NCBI GenBank assembly: GCA_964247055.1
Contig: OZ176052.1
Span: forward strand, 12,958,001-13,022,000
Length of the DNA stretch: 64,000 nt
Origin: Paragordius varius
Lineage: Eukaryota > Animalia > Nematomorpha
Direction of reading: 5' to 3'
Part shown: positions 40,801 through 54,700 of the stretch, piece after piece
Layout of the letters: each line of letters opens with the position of its first letter
Position numbering within the stretch: the stretch's first letter is position 1
Translations under genes and position numbers: made by a program
The notes under the pieces: model-generated
What the model saw: the letters and a program-made list of their open reading frames with translations, nothing else
Told to the model about the DNA's origin: nothing
The model's database searches: none

Positions 40801-43800
40801 AGGTGTATCAATAAATCGCATCAGTTAAACTTTGTCCTTAAAAATCGGATATTGGTCACCGGTGAACAAAATTAATTTTTATACATTCTCTTAGTAGGAC
40901 TACATTAAAATATAGAGATAGTTTGGCAAACTGTTTCATATCCGATTTTTACAACGATACTTTAAAAATTAATGTATTAAACTAGTCGCATCAATACTCA
41001 AGTTAAACTTTGTCCTTAAAAATCGGATATTGGTCACCGGTGAACAAAATAATTTTTTATACATTCTCTTAGTAAGACTACATCAAAATATAGAAATAGT
41101 TTGACAAACTCTTTCATATCCGGTTTTTACAACGATACTTTGAAAATTATGGTATTAAAGCAGTCGCATCAATACCTAAGTTAAACTTTGTCCTTAAAAA
41201 TCGGATATTGGTCACCGGTGAACAAAATTAATTTTTATACATTCTCTTAGTAGGACTACATCAAAATATAGAGATAGTTTGGCAAACTGTTTCATATCCG
41301 ATTTTTACAACGATACTTTAAAAATTAATGTATAAAACTAGTCGCATCAATACTCAAGTTAAACTTTGTCCTTAAAAATCGAATATTGGTCACCGGTGAA
41401 CAAAATTATTTTTTATACATTCTCTTAGTAAGACTACATCAAAATATAGAAATAGTTTGACAAACTGTTTCATATCCGATTTTTAAAACGATACTTTAAA
41501 AATTAATGTATTAAACTAGTCGCATCAATACTCAAGTTAAACTTTGTCCTTAAAAATCGGATATTGGTCACCGGTGAACAAAATAATTTTTTATACATTC
41601 TCTTAGTAAGACTACATCAAAATATAGAAATAGTTTGACAAACTCTTTCATATCCGATTTTTACAACGATACCTTAAAAATTAATGTATTAAACTAGTCG
41701 CATCAATACTCAAGTTAAACTTTGTCCTTAAAAATCGGATATTGGTCACCGGTGAACAAAATTATTTTTTATACATTCTCTTAGTAGGACTACATCAAAA
41801 TATAGAGATAGTTTGGCAAACTGTTTCATATCCGATTTTTACAACGATACTTTAAAAACTAATGTATAAAACTAGGCGTATCAATAAATCGCATCAATAC
41901 TCAAGTTAAACTTTGTCCTTAAAAATCGGATATTGGTCACCGGTGAACAAAATTAATTTTTATACATTCTCTTAGTAAGACTACATCAAAATATAGAGAT
42001 AGTTTGGCAAACTGTTTCATATCCGATTTTTACAACGATACTTTAAAAATTAATGTATAAAACTAGACGCATCAATACTCAAGTTATACTTTGTCCTTAA
42101 AAATCGAATATTGGTCACCGGTGAACAAAATTATTTTTTATACATTCTCTTAGTAAGACTACATCAAAATATAGAAATAGTTTGACAAACTCTTTCATAT
42201 CCGATTTTTACAACGATACTTCAAAAATTATGGTATTAAAGCAGTCGCATCAATACTCAAGTTAAACTTTGTCCTTAAAAATCGGATATTGGTCACCGGT
42301 GAACAAAATTATTTTTTATACATTCTCTTAGTAGGACTACATCAAAATATAGAGATAGTTTGGCAAACTGTTTCATATCCGATTTTTACAACGATACTTT
42401 AAAAATTAATGTATAAAACTAGTCGCATCAATACTCAAGTTAAACTTTGTCCTTAAAAATCGAATATTGGTCACCGGTGAACAAAATTATTTTTTATACA
42501 TTCTCTTAGTAAGACTACATCAAAATATAGAAATAGTTTGACAAACTCTTTCATATCCGATTTTTACAACGATACTTTAAAAATTATGGTATTAAACCAG
42601 TCGCATCAATGCTCAAGTTAAACTTTGTCCTTAAAAATCGGATATTGGTCACCGGTGAACAAAACTATTTTATACATACTCTTAGTAAGACTACATCAAA
42701 ATATAGAGATAATTTGACAAACTCTTTCATATCCGATTTTTACAACGATACTTTAAAAATTAATGTATAAAACTAGGCGTATCAATAAATCGCATCAATA
42801 CTCAAGTTAAACTTTGTCCTTAAAAATCGGATATTGGTCACCGGTGAACAAAATTATTTTTTAAACATTCTCTTAGTAGGAGTACATCAAAATATAGAGA
42901 TAGTTTGGCAAACTGTTTCATATCCGATTTTTACAACGATACTTTAAAATTTCATGTATAAAACTAGTCGCATCAATACTCAAGTTAAACTTTGTCCTTA
43001 AAAATCGAATATTTTTCACCGGTGAACGAAATTATTTTTTATACATTCTCTTAGTAAGACTACATCAAAATATAGAAATAGTTTGACAAACTCTTTCATA
43101 TCCGATTTTTAAAACGATACTTTAAAAATTAATGTATTAAACTAGTCGCATCAATACTCAAGTTAAACTTTGTCCTTAAAAATCGAATATTGGTCACCGG
43201 TGAACAAAATAATTTTTTATACATTGTCTTAGTAAGACTACATCAAAATATAGAAATAGTTTGACAAACTCTTTCATATCCGATTTTTACAACGATACTT
43301 TAAAAATTAATGTATTAAACTAGTCGCATCAATACTCAAGTTAAACTTTGTCCTTAAAAATCGGATATTGGTGACCGGTGAACAAAATTATTTTTTATAC
43401 ATTCTCTTAGTAAGACTACATCAAAATATAGAAATAGTTTGACAAACTCTTTCATATCCGATTTTTACAACGATACTTTAAAAATTAATGTATTAAACTA
43501 GTCGCATCAATACTCAAGTTAAACTTTGTCCTTAAAAATCGGATATTGGTCACCGGTGAACAAAATTATTTTTTATACATTCTCTTAGTAAGACTACATC
43601 AAAATATAGAAATAGTTTGACAAACTCTTTCATATCCGATTTTTACAACGATACTTTAAAAATTAATGTATTAAACTAGTCGCATCAATACTCAAGTTAA
43701 ACTTTGTCCTTAAAAATCGGATATTGGTCACCGGTGAACAAAATAATTTTTTATACATTCTCTTAGTAAGACTACATCAAAATATAGGAATAGTTTGACA

Positions 43801-46800
43801 AACTCTTTCATATCCGATTTTTACAACGATACTTTAAAAATTAATGTATTAAACTAGTCGCATCAATACTCAAGGTAAACTTTGTCCTTAAAAATCGGAT
43901 ATTGGTCACCGGTGAACAAAATTATTTTTTATACATTCTCTTAGTAAGACTACATCAAAATATAGAAATAGTTTGACAAACTCTTTCATATCCGATTTTA
44001 ACAACGATACTTTAAAAATTAATGTATTAAACTAGTCGCATCAATACTCAAGTTAAACTTTGTCCTTAAAAATCGGATATTGGTGACCGGTGAACAAAAT
44101 TATTTTTTATACATTCTCTTAGTAGGACTACATCAAAATATAGAGATAGTTTGGCAAACTGTTTCATATCCGATTTTTACAACGATACTTTAAAAATTAA
44201 TGTATAAAACTAGGCGTATCAATAAATCGCATCAATACTCAAGTTAAACTTTGTCCTTAAAAATCAGATATTGGTCACCGGTGAACAAAATTAATTTTTA
44301 TACATTCTCTTAGTAGGACTACATCAAAATATAGAGATAGTTTGGCAAACTGTTTCATATCCGATTTTTACAACGATACTTTAAAAATTAATGTATAAAA
44401 CTAGTCGCATCAATACTCAAGTTAAATTTTGTCCTTAAAAATCGAATATTGGTCACCGGTGAACAAAATTTATTTTTATACATTCTCTTAGTAAGACTAC
44501 ATCAAAATATAGAAATAGTTTGACAAACTCTTTCATATCCGATTTTTACAACGATACTTTAAAAATTAATGTATAAAACTAGGCGTATCAATAAATCGCA
44601 TCAATACTCAAGTTAAACTTTGTCCTTAAAAATCGGATATTGGTCACCGGTGAACAAATTAATTTTTATACATTCTCATAGTAGGACTACATCAAAATAT
44701 ATAGATAGTTTGGCAAACTGTTTCATATACGATTTTTAAAACGATACTTTAAAAATTAATGTAAAAAACTAGTCGCATCAATACTCAAGTTAAATTTGTC
44801 CTTAAAAATCGGATATTGGTCACCGGTGAATAAAATTATTTTTCATACATTCTCTTAGTAAGACTACATCAAAATATAGAAATAGTTTGACAAACTCTTT
44901 CATATCCGATTTTTAAAACGATACTTTAAAAATTAATGTATTAAACTAGTCGTATCAATACTCAAGTTAAACTTTGTCCTTAAAAATCGGATATTGGTCA
45001 CCGGTAAACAAAATTATTTTTTATATATTTTAGTAAGATAACATCAAAATATAGAAATAGTTTGACAAACTCTTTCATATCCGATTTTTACAACGATACT
45101 TTAAAAATTAAGGTATTAAACCAGTCGCATCAATACTCAAGTTAAACTTTGTCCTTAAAAATCGAATATTGGTCACCGGTGAACAAAATTATTTTTTATA
45201 CATTCTCTTATTGAGACTACATCAAAATATGGAGATAGTTTGACAAACTCTTTCATATCCGATTTTTACAACGATACTTTAAAAATTAATGTATTAAACT
45301 AGTCGCATCAATACTCAAGTTAAACTTTGTCCTTAAAAATCGGATCTTGGTCACCGGTGAATAAAATTATTTTTCATACATTCTCTTAGTAAGACTACAT
45401 CAAAATATAGAAATAGTTTGACAAACTCTTTCATATCCGATTTTTACAACGATACTTTAAAAATTAATGTATAAAACTAGTCGCATCAATACTCAAGTTA
45501 AACTTTGTCCTTAAAAATCGAATATTGGTCACCGGTGAACAAAATTATTTTTTATACATTCTCTTAGTAAGATAACATCAAAATATAGAAATAGTTTGAC
45601 AAACTCTTTCATATCCGATTTTTACAACTATACTTTAAAAATTATGGTATTAAACCAGTCGCATCAATACTCAAGTTAAACCTTGTCCTTAAAAATCGAA
45701 TATTGGTCACCGGTGAACAAAATTTTGTTTTATACATTCTCTTAGTAATACTACATCAAAATATATAGATAGTTTGACAAACTCTTTCATATCCGATTTT
45801 TACAACGATACTTTAAAAATTAATGTATTAAACTAGTCGCATCAATACTCAAGTTAAACTTTGTCCTTAAAAATCGAATATTGGTCACCGGTGAACAAAA
45901 TTATTTTTTATACATTCTCTTAGTAAGATAACATCAAAATATAGAAATAGTTTGACAAACTCTTTCATATCCGATTTTTACAACTATACTTTAAAAATTA
46001 TGGTATTAAACCAGTCGCATCAATACTCAAGTTAAACCTTGTCCTTAAAAATCGAATATTGGTCACCGGTGAACAAAATTTTGTTTTATACATTCTCTTA
46101 GTAATACTACATCAAAATATATAGATAGTTTGACAAACTCTTTCATATCCGATTTTTACAACGATACTTTAAAAATTAATGTATTAAACTAGTCGCATCA
46201 ATACTCAAGTTAAACTTTGTCCTTAAAAATCGGATATTGGTCACCGGTGAATAAAATTATTTTTCATACATTCTCTTAGTAAGACTACATCAAAATATAG
46301 AAATAGTTTGACAAACTCTTTCATATCCGATTTTTAAAACGATACTTTAAAAATTAATGTATTAAACTAGTCGCATCAATACTCAAGTTAAACTTTGTCC
46401 TTAAAAATCGGATATTGGTCACCGGTAAACAAAATAATTTTTTATACATTCTCTTAGTAAGACTACATCAAAATATAGAAATAGTTTGACAAACTCTTTC
46501 ATATCCGATTTTTACAACGATACTTTAAAAATTAATGTATTAAACTAGTCGCATCAATACTCAAGTTAAACTTTGTCCTTAAAAATCGGATATTGGTCAC
46601 CGGTGAAAAAAATTATTTTTCATACATTCTCTTAGTAGGACTACATCAAAATATAGAGATAGTTTGGCAAACTGTTTCATATCCGATTTTTACAACGATA
46701 CTTTAAAAATTAATGTATAAAACTAGTCGCATCAATACTCAAGTTAAACTTTGTCCTTAAAAATCGAATATTGGTCACCGGTGAACAAAATTATTTTTTA

Positions 46801-48549
46801 TACATTCTCTTAGTAAGACTACATCAAAATATAGAAATAGTTTGACAAACTCTTTCATATCCGATTTTTAAAACGATACTTTAAAAATTAATGTATAAAA
46901 CTAGTCGTATCAATAAATCGCATCAATACTCAAGTTAAACTTTGTCCTTAAAAATCGGATATTGGTCACGGGTGAACAAAATTATTTTTTATATATTCTC
47001 TTAGTAGGACTACATCAAAATATAGAGATAGTTTGGCAAACTCTTTCATATCCGATTTTTACAACGATACTTTAAAAATTAATGTATTAAACTAGTCGCA
47101 TCAATACTCAAGTTAAACTTTGTCCTTAAAAATCGAATATTGGTCACCGGTGAACAAAATTATTTTTTATACATTCTCTTAGTAAGACTACATCAAAATA
47201 TAGAAATAGTTTGACAAACTCTTTCATATCCGATTTTTAAAACGATACTTTAAAAATTAATGTATAAAACTAGTCGTATCAATAAATCGCATCAATACTC
47301 AAGTTAAACTTTGTCCTTAAAAATCGGATATTGGTCACCGGTGAACAAAATAATTTTTTATACATTCTCTTAGTAAGACTACATCAAAATATAGAAATAG
47401 TTTGACAAACTCTTTCATATACGATTTTTACAACGATACTTTAAAAATTAATGTATTAAACTAGTCGCATCAATACTCAAGTTAAACTTTGTCCTTAAAA
47501 ATCGGATATTAGTCACCGGTGAATAAAATTATTTTTTATATATTCTCTTAGAAGACTACATCAAAATATAGAAATATTTTGACAAACTCTTTCACATCCG
47601 ATTTTTACAACGATACTTTAAAAATTAATGTATTAAACTAGTCGCATCAATACTCAAGTTAAACTTTGTCCTTAAAAATCGGATATTGGTGACCGGTGAA
47701 CAAAATTATTTTTTATACATTCTCTTAGTAGGACTACATCAAAATATAGAGATAGTTTGGCAAACTGTTTCATATCCGATTTTTACAACGATACTTTAAA
47801 AATTAATGTATAAAACTAGGCGTATCAATAAATCGCATCAATACTCAAGTTAAACTTTGTCCTTAAAAATCAGATATTGGTCACCGGTGAACAAAATTAA
47901 TTTTTATACTTTTTTTTAGTAGGACTACATCAAAATATAGAGATAGTTTGGCAAACTGTTTCATATCCGATTTTTACAACGATACTTTAAAAATTAATGT
48001 ATAAAACTAGTCGCATCAATACTCAAGTTAAATTTTGTCCTTAAAAATCGAATATTGGTCACCGGTGAACAAAATTTATTTTTATACATTCTCTTAGTAA
48101 GACTACATCAAAATATAGAAATAGTTTGACAAACTCTTTCATATCCGATTTTTACAACGATACTTTAAAAATTATGGTATTAAACCAGTCGCATCAATAC
48201 TCAAGTTAAACTTTGTCCTTAAAAATCGGATATAGGTCACCGGTGAACAAAACTATTTTTTATACATACTCTTAGTAAGACTACATCAAAATATAGAGAT
48301 AATTTGACAAACCCTTTCATATCCGATTTTTACAACGATACTTTAAAAATTAATGTATAAAACTAGGCGTATCAATAAATCGCATCAATACTCAAGTTAA
48401 ACTTTGTCCTTAAAAATCGGATATTGGTCACCGGTGAACAAAATTAATTTTTAAACATTCTCTTAGTAGGACTACATCAAAATATATAGATAGTTTGGCA
48501 AACTGTTTCATATCCGATTTTTACAACGATACTTTAAAAATTAATGTAA

Positions 48550-51500
48550 AAAACTAGTCGCATCAATACTCAAGTTAAATTTGTCCTTAAAAATCGGATA
48601 TTGGTCACCGGTGAATTAAATTATTTTTCATACATTCTCTTAGTAAGACTACATCAAAATATAGAAATAGTTTGACAAACTCTTTCATATCCGATTTTTA
48701 AAACGATACTTTCAAAATTAATGTATAAAACTAGTCGCATCAATACTCAAGTTAAACTTTGTCCTTAAAAATCGAATATTGGTCACCGGTGAACAAAATT
48801 ATTTTTTATACATTCTCTTAGTAAGACTACATCAAAATATAGAAATAGTTTGACAAACTCTTTTATATCCGATTTTTAAAACGATACTTTAAAAATTAAT
48901 GTATAAAACTAGTCGTATCAATAAATCGCATCAATACTCAAGTTAAACTTTGTCCTTAAAAATCGGATATTGGTCACGGGTGAACAAAATTATTTTTTAT
49001 ACATTCTCTTAGTAGGACTACATCAAAATATAGAGATAGTTTGGCAAACTCTTTCATATCCGATTTTTACAACGATACTTTAAAAATTAATGTATTAAAC
49101 TAGTCGCATCAATACTCAAGTTAAACTTTGTCCTTAAAAATCGAATATTGGTCACCGGTGAACAAAATTATTTTTTATACATTCTCTTAGTAAGACTACA
49201 TCAAAATATAGAAATAGTTTGACAAACTCTTTCATATCCGATTTTTACAACGATACTTTAAAAATTAATGTATAAAACTAGGCGTATCAATAAATCGCAT
49301 CAATACTCAAGTTAAACTTTGTCCTTAAAAATCGGATATTGGTGACCGGTGAACAAAATTATTTTTTAAACATTCTCTTAGTAGGACTACATCAAAGTAT
49401 ATAGATAGTTTGGCAAACTGTTTCATATCCGATTTTTACAACGATACTTTAAAAATTAATGTAAAAAACTAGTCGCATCAATACTCAGGTTAAATTTGTC
49501 CTTAAAAATCGGATATTGGTCACCGGTGAATTAAATTATTTTTCATACATTCTCTTAGTAAGACTACATCAAAATATAGAAATAGTTTGACAAACTCTTT
49601 CATATCCGATTTTTAAAACGATACTTTAAAAATTAATGTATAAAACTAGTCGCATCAATACTCAAGTTAAACTTTGTCCTTAAAAATCGAATATTGGTCA
49701 CCGGTGAACAAAATTATTTTTTATACATTCTCTTAGTAAGACTACATCAAAATATAGAAATAGTTTGACAAACTCTTTCATATCCGATTTTTAAAACGAT
49801 ACTTTAAAAATTAATGTATAAAACTAGTCGTATCAATAAATCGCATCAATACTCAAGTTAAACTTTGTCCTTAAAAATCGGATATTGGTCACGGGTGAAC
49901 AAAATTATTTTTTATACATTCTCTTAGTAGGACTACATCAAAATATAGAGATAGTTTGGCAAACTCTTTCATATCCGATTTTTACAACGATACTTTAAAA
50001 ATTAATGTATTAAACTAGTCGCATCAATACTCAAGTTAAACTTTGTCCTTAAAAATCGAATATTGGTCACCGGTGAACAAAAGTATTTTTTATACATTCT
50101 CTTAGTAAGACTACATCAAAATATAGAAATAGTTTGACAAACTCTTTCATATCCGATTTTTAAAACGATACTTTAAAAATTAATGTATAAAACTAGTCGT
50201 ATCAATAAATCGCATCAATACTCAAGTTAAACTTTGTCCTTAAAAATCGGATATTGGTCACGGGTGAACAAAATTATTTTTTATACATTCTCTTAGTAGG
50301 ACTACATCAAAATATAGAGATAGTTTGGCAAACTCTTTCATATCCGATTTTTACAACGATACTTTAAAAATTAATGTATTAAACTAGTCGCATCAATACT
50401 CAAGTTAAACTTTGTCCTTAAAAATCGAATATTGGTCACCGGTGAACAAAATTATTTTTTATACATTCTCTTAGTAAGACTACATCAAAATATAGAAATA
50501 GTTTGACAAACTCTTTCATATCCGATTTTTACAACGATACTTTAAAAATTAATGTATTAAACTAGTCGCATCAATACTCAAGTTAAACTTTGTCCTTAAA
50601 AATCGAATATTGGTCACCGGTGAACAAAATTATTTTTTATACATTCTCTTAGTAAGACTACATCAAAATATAGAAATAGTTTGACAAACTCTTTCATATC
50701 CGATTTTTACAACGATACTTTAAAAATTAATGTATAAAACTAGGCGTATCAATAAATCGCATCAATACTCAAGTTAAACTTTGTCCTTAAAAATCGGATA
50801 TTGGTGACCGGTGAACAAAATTATTTTTTAAACATTCTCTTAGTAGGACTACATCAAAATATATAGATAGTTTGACAAACTGTTTCATATCCGATTTTTA
50901 CAACGATACTTTAAAAATTAATGTAAAAAACTAGTCGCATCAATACTCAGGTTAAATTTGTCCTTAAAAATCGGATATTGGTCACCGGTGAATTAAATTA
51001 TTTTTCATACATTCTCTTAGTAAGACTACATCAAAATATAGAAATAGTTTGACAAACTCTTTCATATCCGATTTTTAAAACGATACTTTAAAAATTAATG
51101 TATAAAACTAGTCGCATCAATACTCAAGTTAAACTTTGTCCTTAAAAATCGAATATTGGTCACCGGTGAACAAAATTATTTTTTATACATTCTCTTAGTA
51201 AGACTACATCAAAATATAGAAATAGTTTGACAAACTCTTTCATATCCGATTTTTAAAACGATACTTTAAAAATTAATGTATAAAACTAGTCGTATCAATA
51301 AATCGCATCAATACTCAAGTTAAACTTTGTCCTTAAAAATCGGATATTGGTCACGGGTGAACAAAATTATTTTTTATACATTCTCTTAGTAGGACTACAT
51401 CAAAATATAGAGATAGTTTGGCAAACTCTTTCATATCCGATTTTTACAACGATACTTTAAAAATTAATGTATTAAACTAGTCGCATCAATACTCAAGTTA

Positions 51501-51600
51501 AACTTTGTCCTTAAAAATCGAATATTGGTCACCGGTGAACAAAATTATTTTTTATACATTCTCTTAGTAAGACTACATCAAAATATAGAAATAGTTTGAC
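48550..51600 (+). repeat. Higher-order repeat: 8-monomer unit, period 1,462 bp, containing a 369-bp (178+191) dimer repeat
   Basis: TCAGGTTAAATTT 49488/50950; GTCACGGG 49893/50262 (+369). Confidence 0.82.
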
Positions 51601-51759
51601 AAACTCTTTCATATCCGATTTTTAAAACGATACTTTAAAAATTAATGTATAAAACTAGTCGTATCAATAAATCGCATCAATACTCAAGTTAAACTTTGTC
51701 CTTAAAAATCGGATATTGCTCACCGGTGAACAAAATAATTTTTTATACATTCTCTTAGT

Positions 51760-54700
51760 AAGACTACATCAAAATATAGAAATAGTTTGACAAACTCTTT
51801 CATATACGATTTTTACAACGATACTTTAAAAATTAATGTATTAAACTAGTCGCATCAATACTCAAGTTAAACTTTGTCCTTAAAAATCGGATATTAGTCA
51901 CCGGTGAATAAAATTATTTTTTATATATTCTCTTAGTAAGACTACATCAAAATATAGAAATATTTTGACAAACTCTTTCACATCCGATTTTTACAACGAT
52001 ACTTTAAAAATTAATGTATAAAACTAGTCGCATCAATACTCAAGTTAAATTTTGTCCTTAAAAATCGAATATTGGTCACCGGTGAACAAAATTTATTTTT
52101 ATACATTCTCTTAGTAAGACTACATCAAAATATAGAAATAGTTTGACAAACTCTTTCATATCCGATTTTTACAACGATACTTTAAAAATTATGGTATTAA
52201 ACCAGTCGCATCAATACTCAAGTTAAACTTTGTCCTTAAAAATCGGATATAGGTCACCGGTGAACAAAACTATTTTTTATACATACTCTTAGTAAGACTA
52301 CATCAAAATATAGAGATAATTTGACAAACCCTTTCATATCCGATTTTTACAACGATACTTTAAAAATTAATGTATAAAACTAGGCGTATCAATAAATCGC
52401 ATCAATACTCAAGTTAAACTTTGTCCTTAAAAATCGGATATTGGTCACCGGTGAACAAAATTAATTTTTAAACATTCTCTTAGTAGGACTACATCAAAAT
52501 ATATAGATAGTTTGGCAAACTGTTTCATATCCGATTTTTACAACGATACTTTAAAAATTAATGTAAAAAACTAGTCGCATCAATACTCAAGTTAAATTTG
52601 TCCTTAAAAATCGGATATTGGTCACCGGTGAATTAAATTATTTTTCATACATTCTCTTAGTAAGACTACATCAAAATATAGAAATAGTTTGACAAACTCT
52701 TTCATATCCGATTTTTAAAACGATACTTTAAAAATTAATGTATTAAACTAGTCGCATCAATACTCAAGTTAAACTTTGTCCTTAAAAATCGGATATTGGT
52801 CACCGGTAAACAAAATTATTTTTTATACATTCTCTTAGTAAGATAACATCAAAATATAGAAATAGTTTGACAAACTCTTTCATATCCGATTTTTACAACG
52901 ATACTTTAAAAATTATGGTATTAAACCAGTCGCATCAATACTCAAGTTAAACTTTGTCCTTAAAAATCGAATATTAGTCACCGGTGAACAAAATTTTGTT
53001 TTATACATTCTCTTAGTAATACTACATCAAAATATATAGATAGTTTGACAAACTCTTTCATATCCGATTTTTACAACGATACTTTAAAAATTAATGTATT
53101 AAACTAGTCGCATCAATACTCAAGTTAAACTTTGTCCTTAAAAATCGGATATTGGTCACCGGTGAATAAAATAATTTTTTATACATTCTCTTAGTAAGAC
53201 TACATCAAAATATAGAAATAGTTTGACAAACTCTTTCATATACGATTTTTACAACGATACTTTAAAAATTAATGTATTAAACTAGTCGCATCAATACTCA
53301 AGTTAAACTTTGTCCTTAAAAATCGGATATTAGTCACCGGTGAATAAAATTATTTTTTATATATTCTCTTAGTAAGACTACATCAAAATATAGAAATATT
53401 TTGACAAACTCTTTCACATCCGATTTTTACAACGATACTTTAAAAATTAATGTATAAAACTAGTCGCATCAATACTCAAGTTAAATTTTGTCCTTAAAAA
53501 TCGAATATTGGTCACCGGTGAACAAAATTTATTTTTATACATTCTCTTAGTAAGACTACATCAAAATATAGAAATAGTTTGACAAACTCTTTCATATCCG
53601 ATTTTTACAACGATACTTTAAAAATTATGGTATTAAACCAGTCGCATCAATACTCAAGTTAAACTTTGTCCTTAAAAATCGGATATAGGTCACCGGTGAA
53701 CAAAACTATTTTTTATACATACTCTTAGTAAGACTACATCAAAATATAGAGATAATTTGACAAACCCTTTCATATCCGATTTTTACAACGATACTTTAAA
53801 AATTAATGTATAAAACTAGGCGTATCAATAAATCGCATCAATACTCAAGTTAAACTTTGTCCTTAAAAATCGGATATTGGTCACCGGTGAACAAAATTAA
53901 TTTTTAAACATTCTCTTAGTAGGACTACATCAAAATATATAGATAGTTTGGCAAACTGTTTCATATCCGATTTTTACAACGATACTTTAAAAATTAATGT
54001 AAAAAACTAGTCGCATCAATACTCAAGTTAAATTTGTCCTTAAAAATCGGATATTGGTCACCGGTGAATTAAATTATTTTTCATACATTCTCTTAGTAAG
54101 ACTACATCAAAATATAGAAATAGTTTGACAAACTCTTTCATATCCGATTTTTAAAACGATACTTTAAAAATTAATGTATTAAACTAGTCGCATCAATACT
54201 CAAGTTAAACTTTGTCCTTAAAAATCGGATATTGGTCACCGGTAAACAAAATTATTTTTTATACATTCTCTTAGTAAGATAACATCAAAATATAGAAATA
54301 GTTTGACAAACTCTTTCATATCCGATTTTTACAACGATACTTTAAAAATTATGGTATTAAACCAGTCGCATCAATACTCAAGTTAAACTTTGTCCTTAAA
54401 AATCGAATATTAGTCACCGGTGAACAAAATTTTGTTTTATACATTCTCTTAGTAATACTACATCAAAATATATAGATAGTTTGACAAACTCTTTCATATC
54501 CGATTTTTACAACGATACTTTAAAAATTAATGTATTAAACTAGTCGCATCAATACTCAAGTTAAACTTTGTCCTTAAAAATCGGATATTGGTCACCGGTG
54601 AATAAAATTATTTTTCATACATTCTCTTAGTAAGACTACATCAAAATATAGAAATAGTTTGACAAACTCTTTCATATCCGATTTTTAAAACGATACTTTA

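Noticed and set aside
40811-40830. 8-bp deletion CATCAATACTCAAGTT to CATCAGTT as a microhomology-mediated event
   Set aside because: The TCAA repeat would predict a 7-bp deletion, not 8. It is a single occurrence and not informative.
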